24,534 nucleotides of DNA from a virus (lineage: Duplodnaviria > Caudoviricetes). The notes beneath the pieces were generated by a model. That model had not been told where the DNA came from and ran no database searches. It saw nothing but the letters and a program-made list of their open reading frames with translations. Positions 24,409-24,534 of the stretch are shown here, one piece after another (position 1 is the stretch's first letter; the number at the start of each line of letters is the position of its first letter). The DNA lies in IMG/VR virus record IMGVR_UViG_3300038679_000199, positions 1-24,534 of that record. One strand, 5' to 3'. The translations under genes were made by a program, and so were the position numbers.

Positions 24409-24533
24409 TATTTCCCCAGAAAAGTTCTGATGGTGCCGATATGCGCCAGGGTCTTCTCCAGTTCCTGGTGAGCGGCGCTGAATTCCAGGCTCAGGGAAAA
24501 AATATCGTCCCGGTTTAGATCTTCCACCGGTTT
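24408..24533 (-). CDS. Hypothetical protein, 3' part only
   Basis: Open frame KPVEDLNRDDIFSLSLEFSAAHQELEKTLAHIGTIRTFLGK* with a TAATG overlap onto the next gene. Confidence 0.6.
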   Translation of the reverse strand, partial: KPVEDLNRDDIFSLSLEFSAAHQELEKTLAHIGTIRTFLGK

Positions 24534-24534
24534 G

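Larger units (their letters stand above)
1..24534 (-). mobile_element. Mu-like (pro)phage head and tail morphogenesis operon; element ends are outside the window
   Basis: Co-oriented, tightly packed or overlapping minus-strand genes in the order terminase, DUF935 portal, gpF, protease I, capsid, gp36/gpG/gp37-like, tail tube, chaperones, tape measure, tail tip. No transposase or att site is visible. Confidence 0.93.

Noticed and set aside
605-24471. Numerous plus-strand ORFs (e.g. 9025..9717, 12669..13535, 23120..24118)
   Set aside because: Antisense shadows of high-GC minus-strand genes with no recognisable motifs.

Overview
The window is the late (virion morphogenesis) operon of a Mu-like prophage or phage, with essentially all genes on the minus strand. 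In transcription order (right to left): HTH/small terminase-like gene, large terminase, DUF935 portal, gpF-like head morphogenesis protein, a 71-aa Acb2/Tad1-like protein, protease I/scaffold, a DUF2190-like decoration protein with three tandem repeats, major capsid, two small genes, a diversity-generating retroelement (DGR), gp36/gpG/gp37-like head-tail joining genes, tail tube, frameshifted tail chaperones, tape measure, two tail-tip proteins and a tailspike running off the left edge. No sheath is seen, so the tail is probably non-contractile. Highlights: (1) the DGR (Mtd-like target, VR, TR, RT) shows 18/18 adenine-specific TR/VR mismatches, has no recognisable avd, carries a different small gene behind the RT, and sits in the head module rather than the tail-fibre module; (2) the gpF-like gene has an in-frame TGA exactly at the first Cys of its conserved CxC motif, followed by a SECIS-like hairpin, making it a candidate phage selenoprotein; (3) a probable cyclic-nucleotide sponge anti-defence gene lies inside the head operon. 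All family assignments come from motif recognition and synteny, not database searches.
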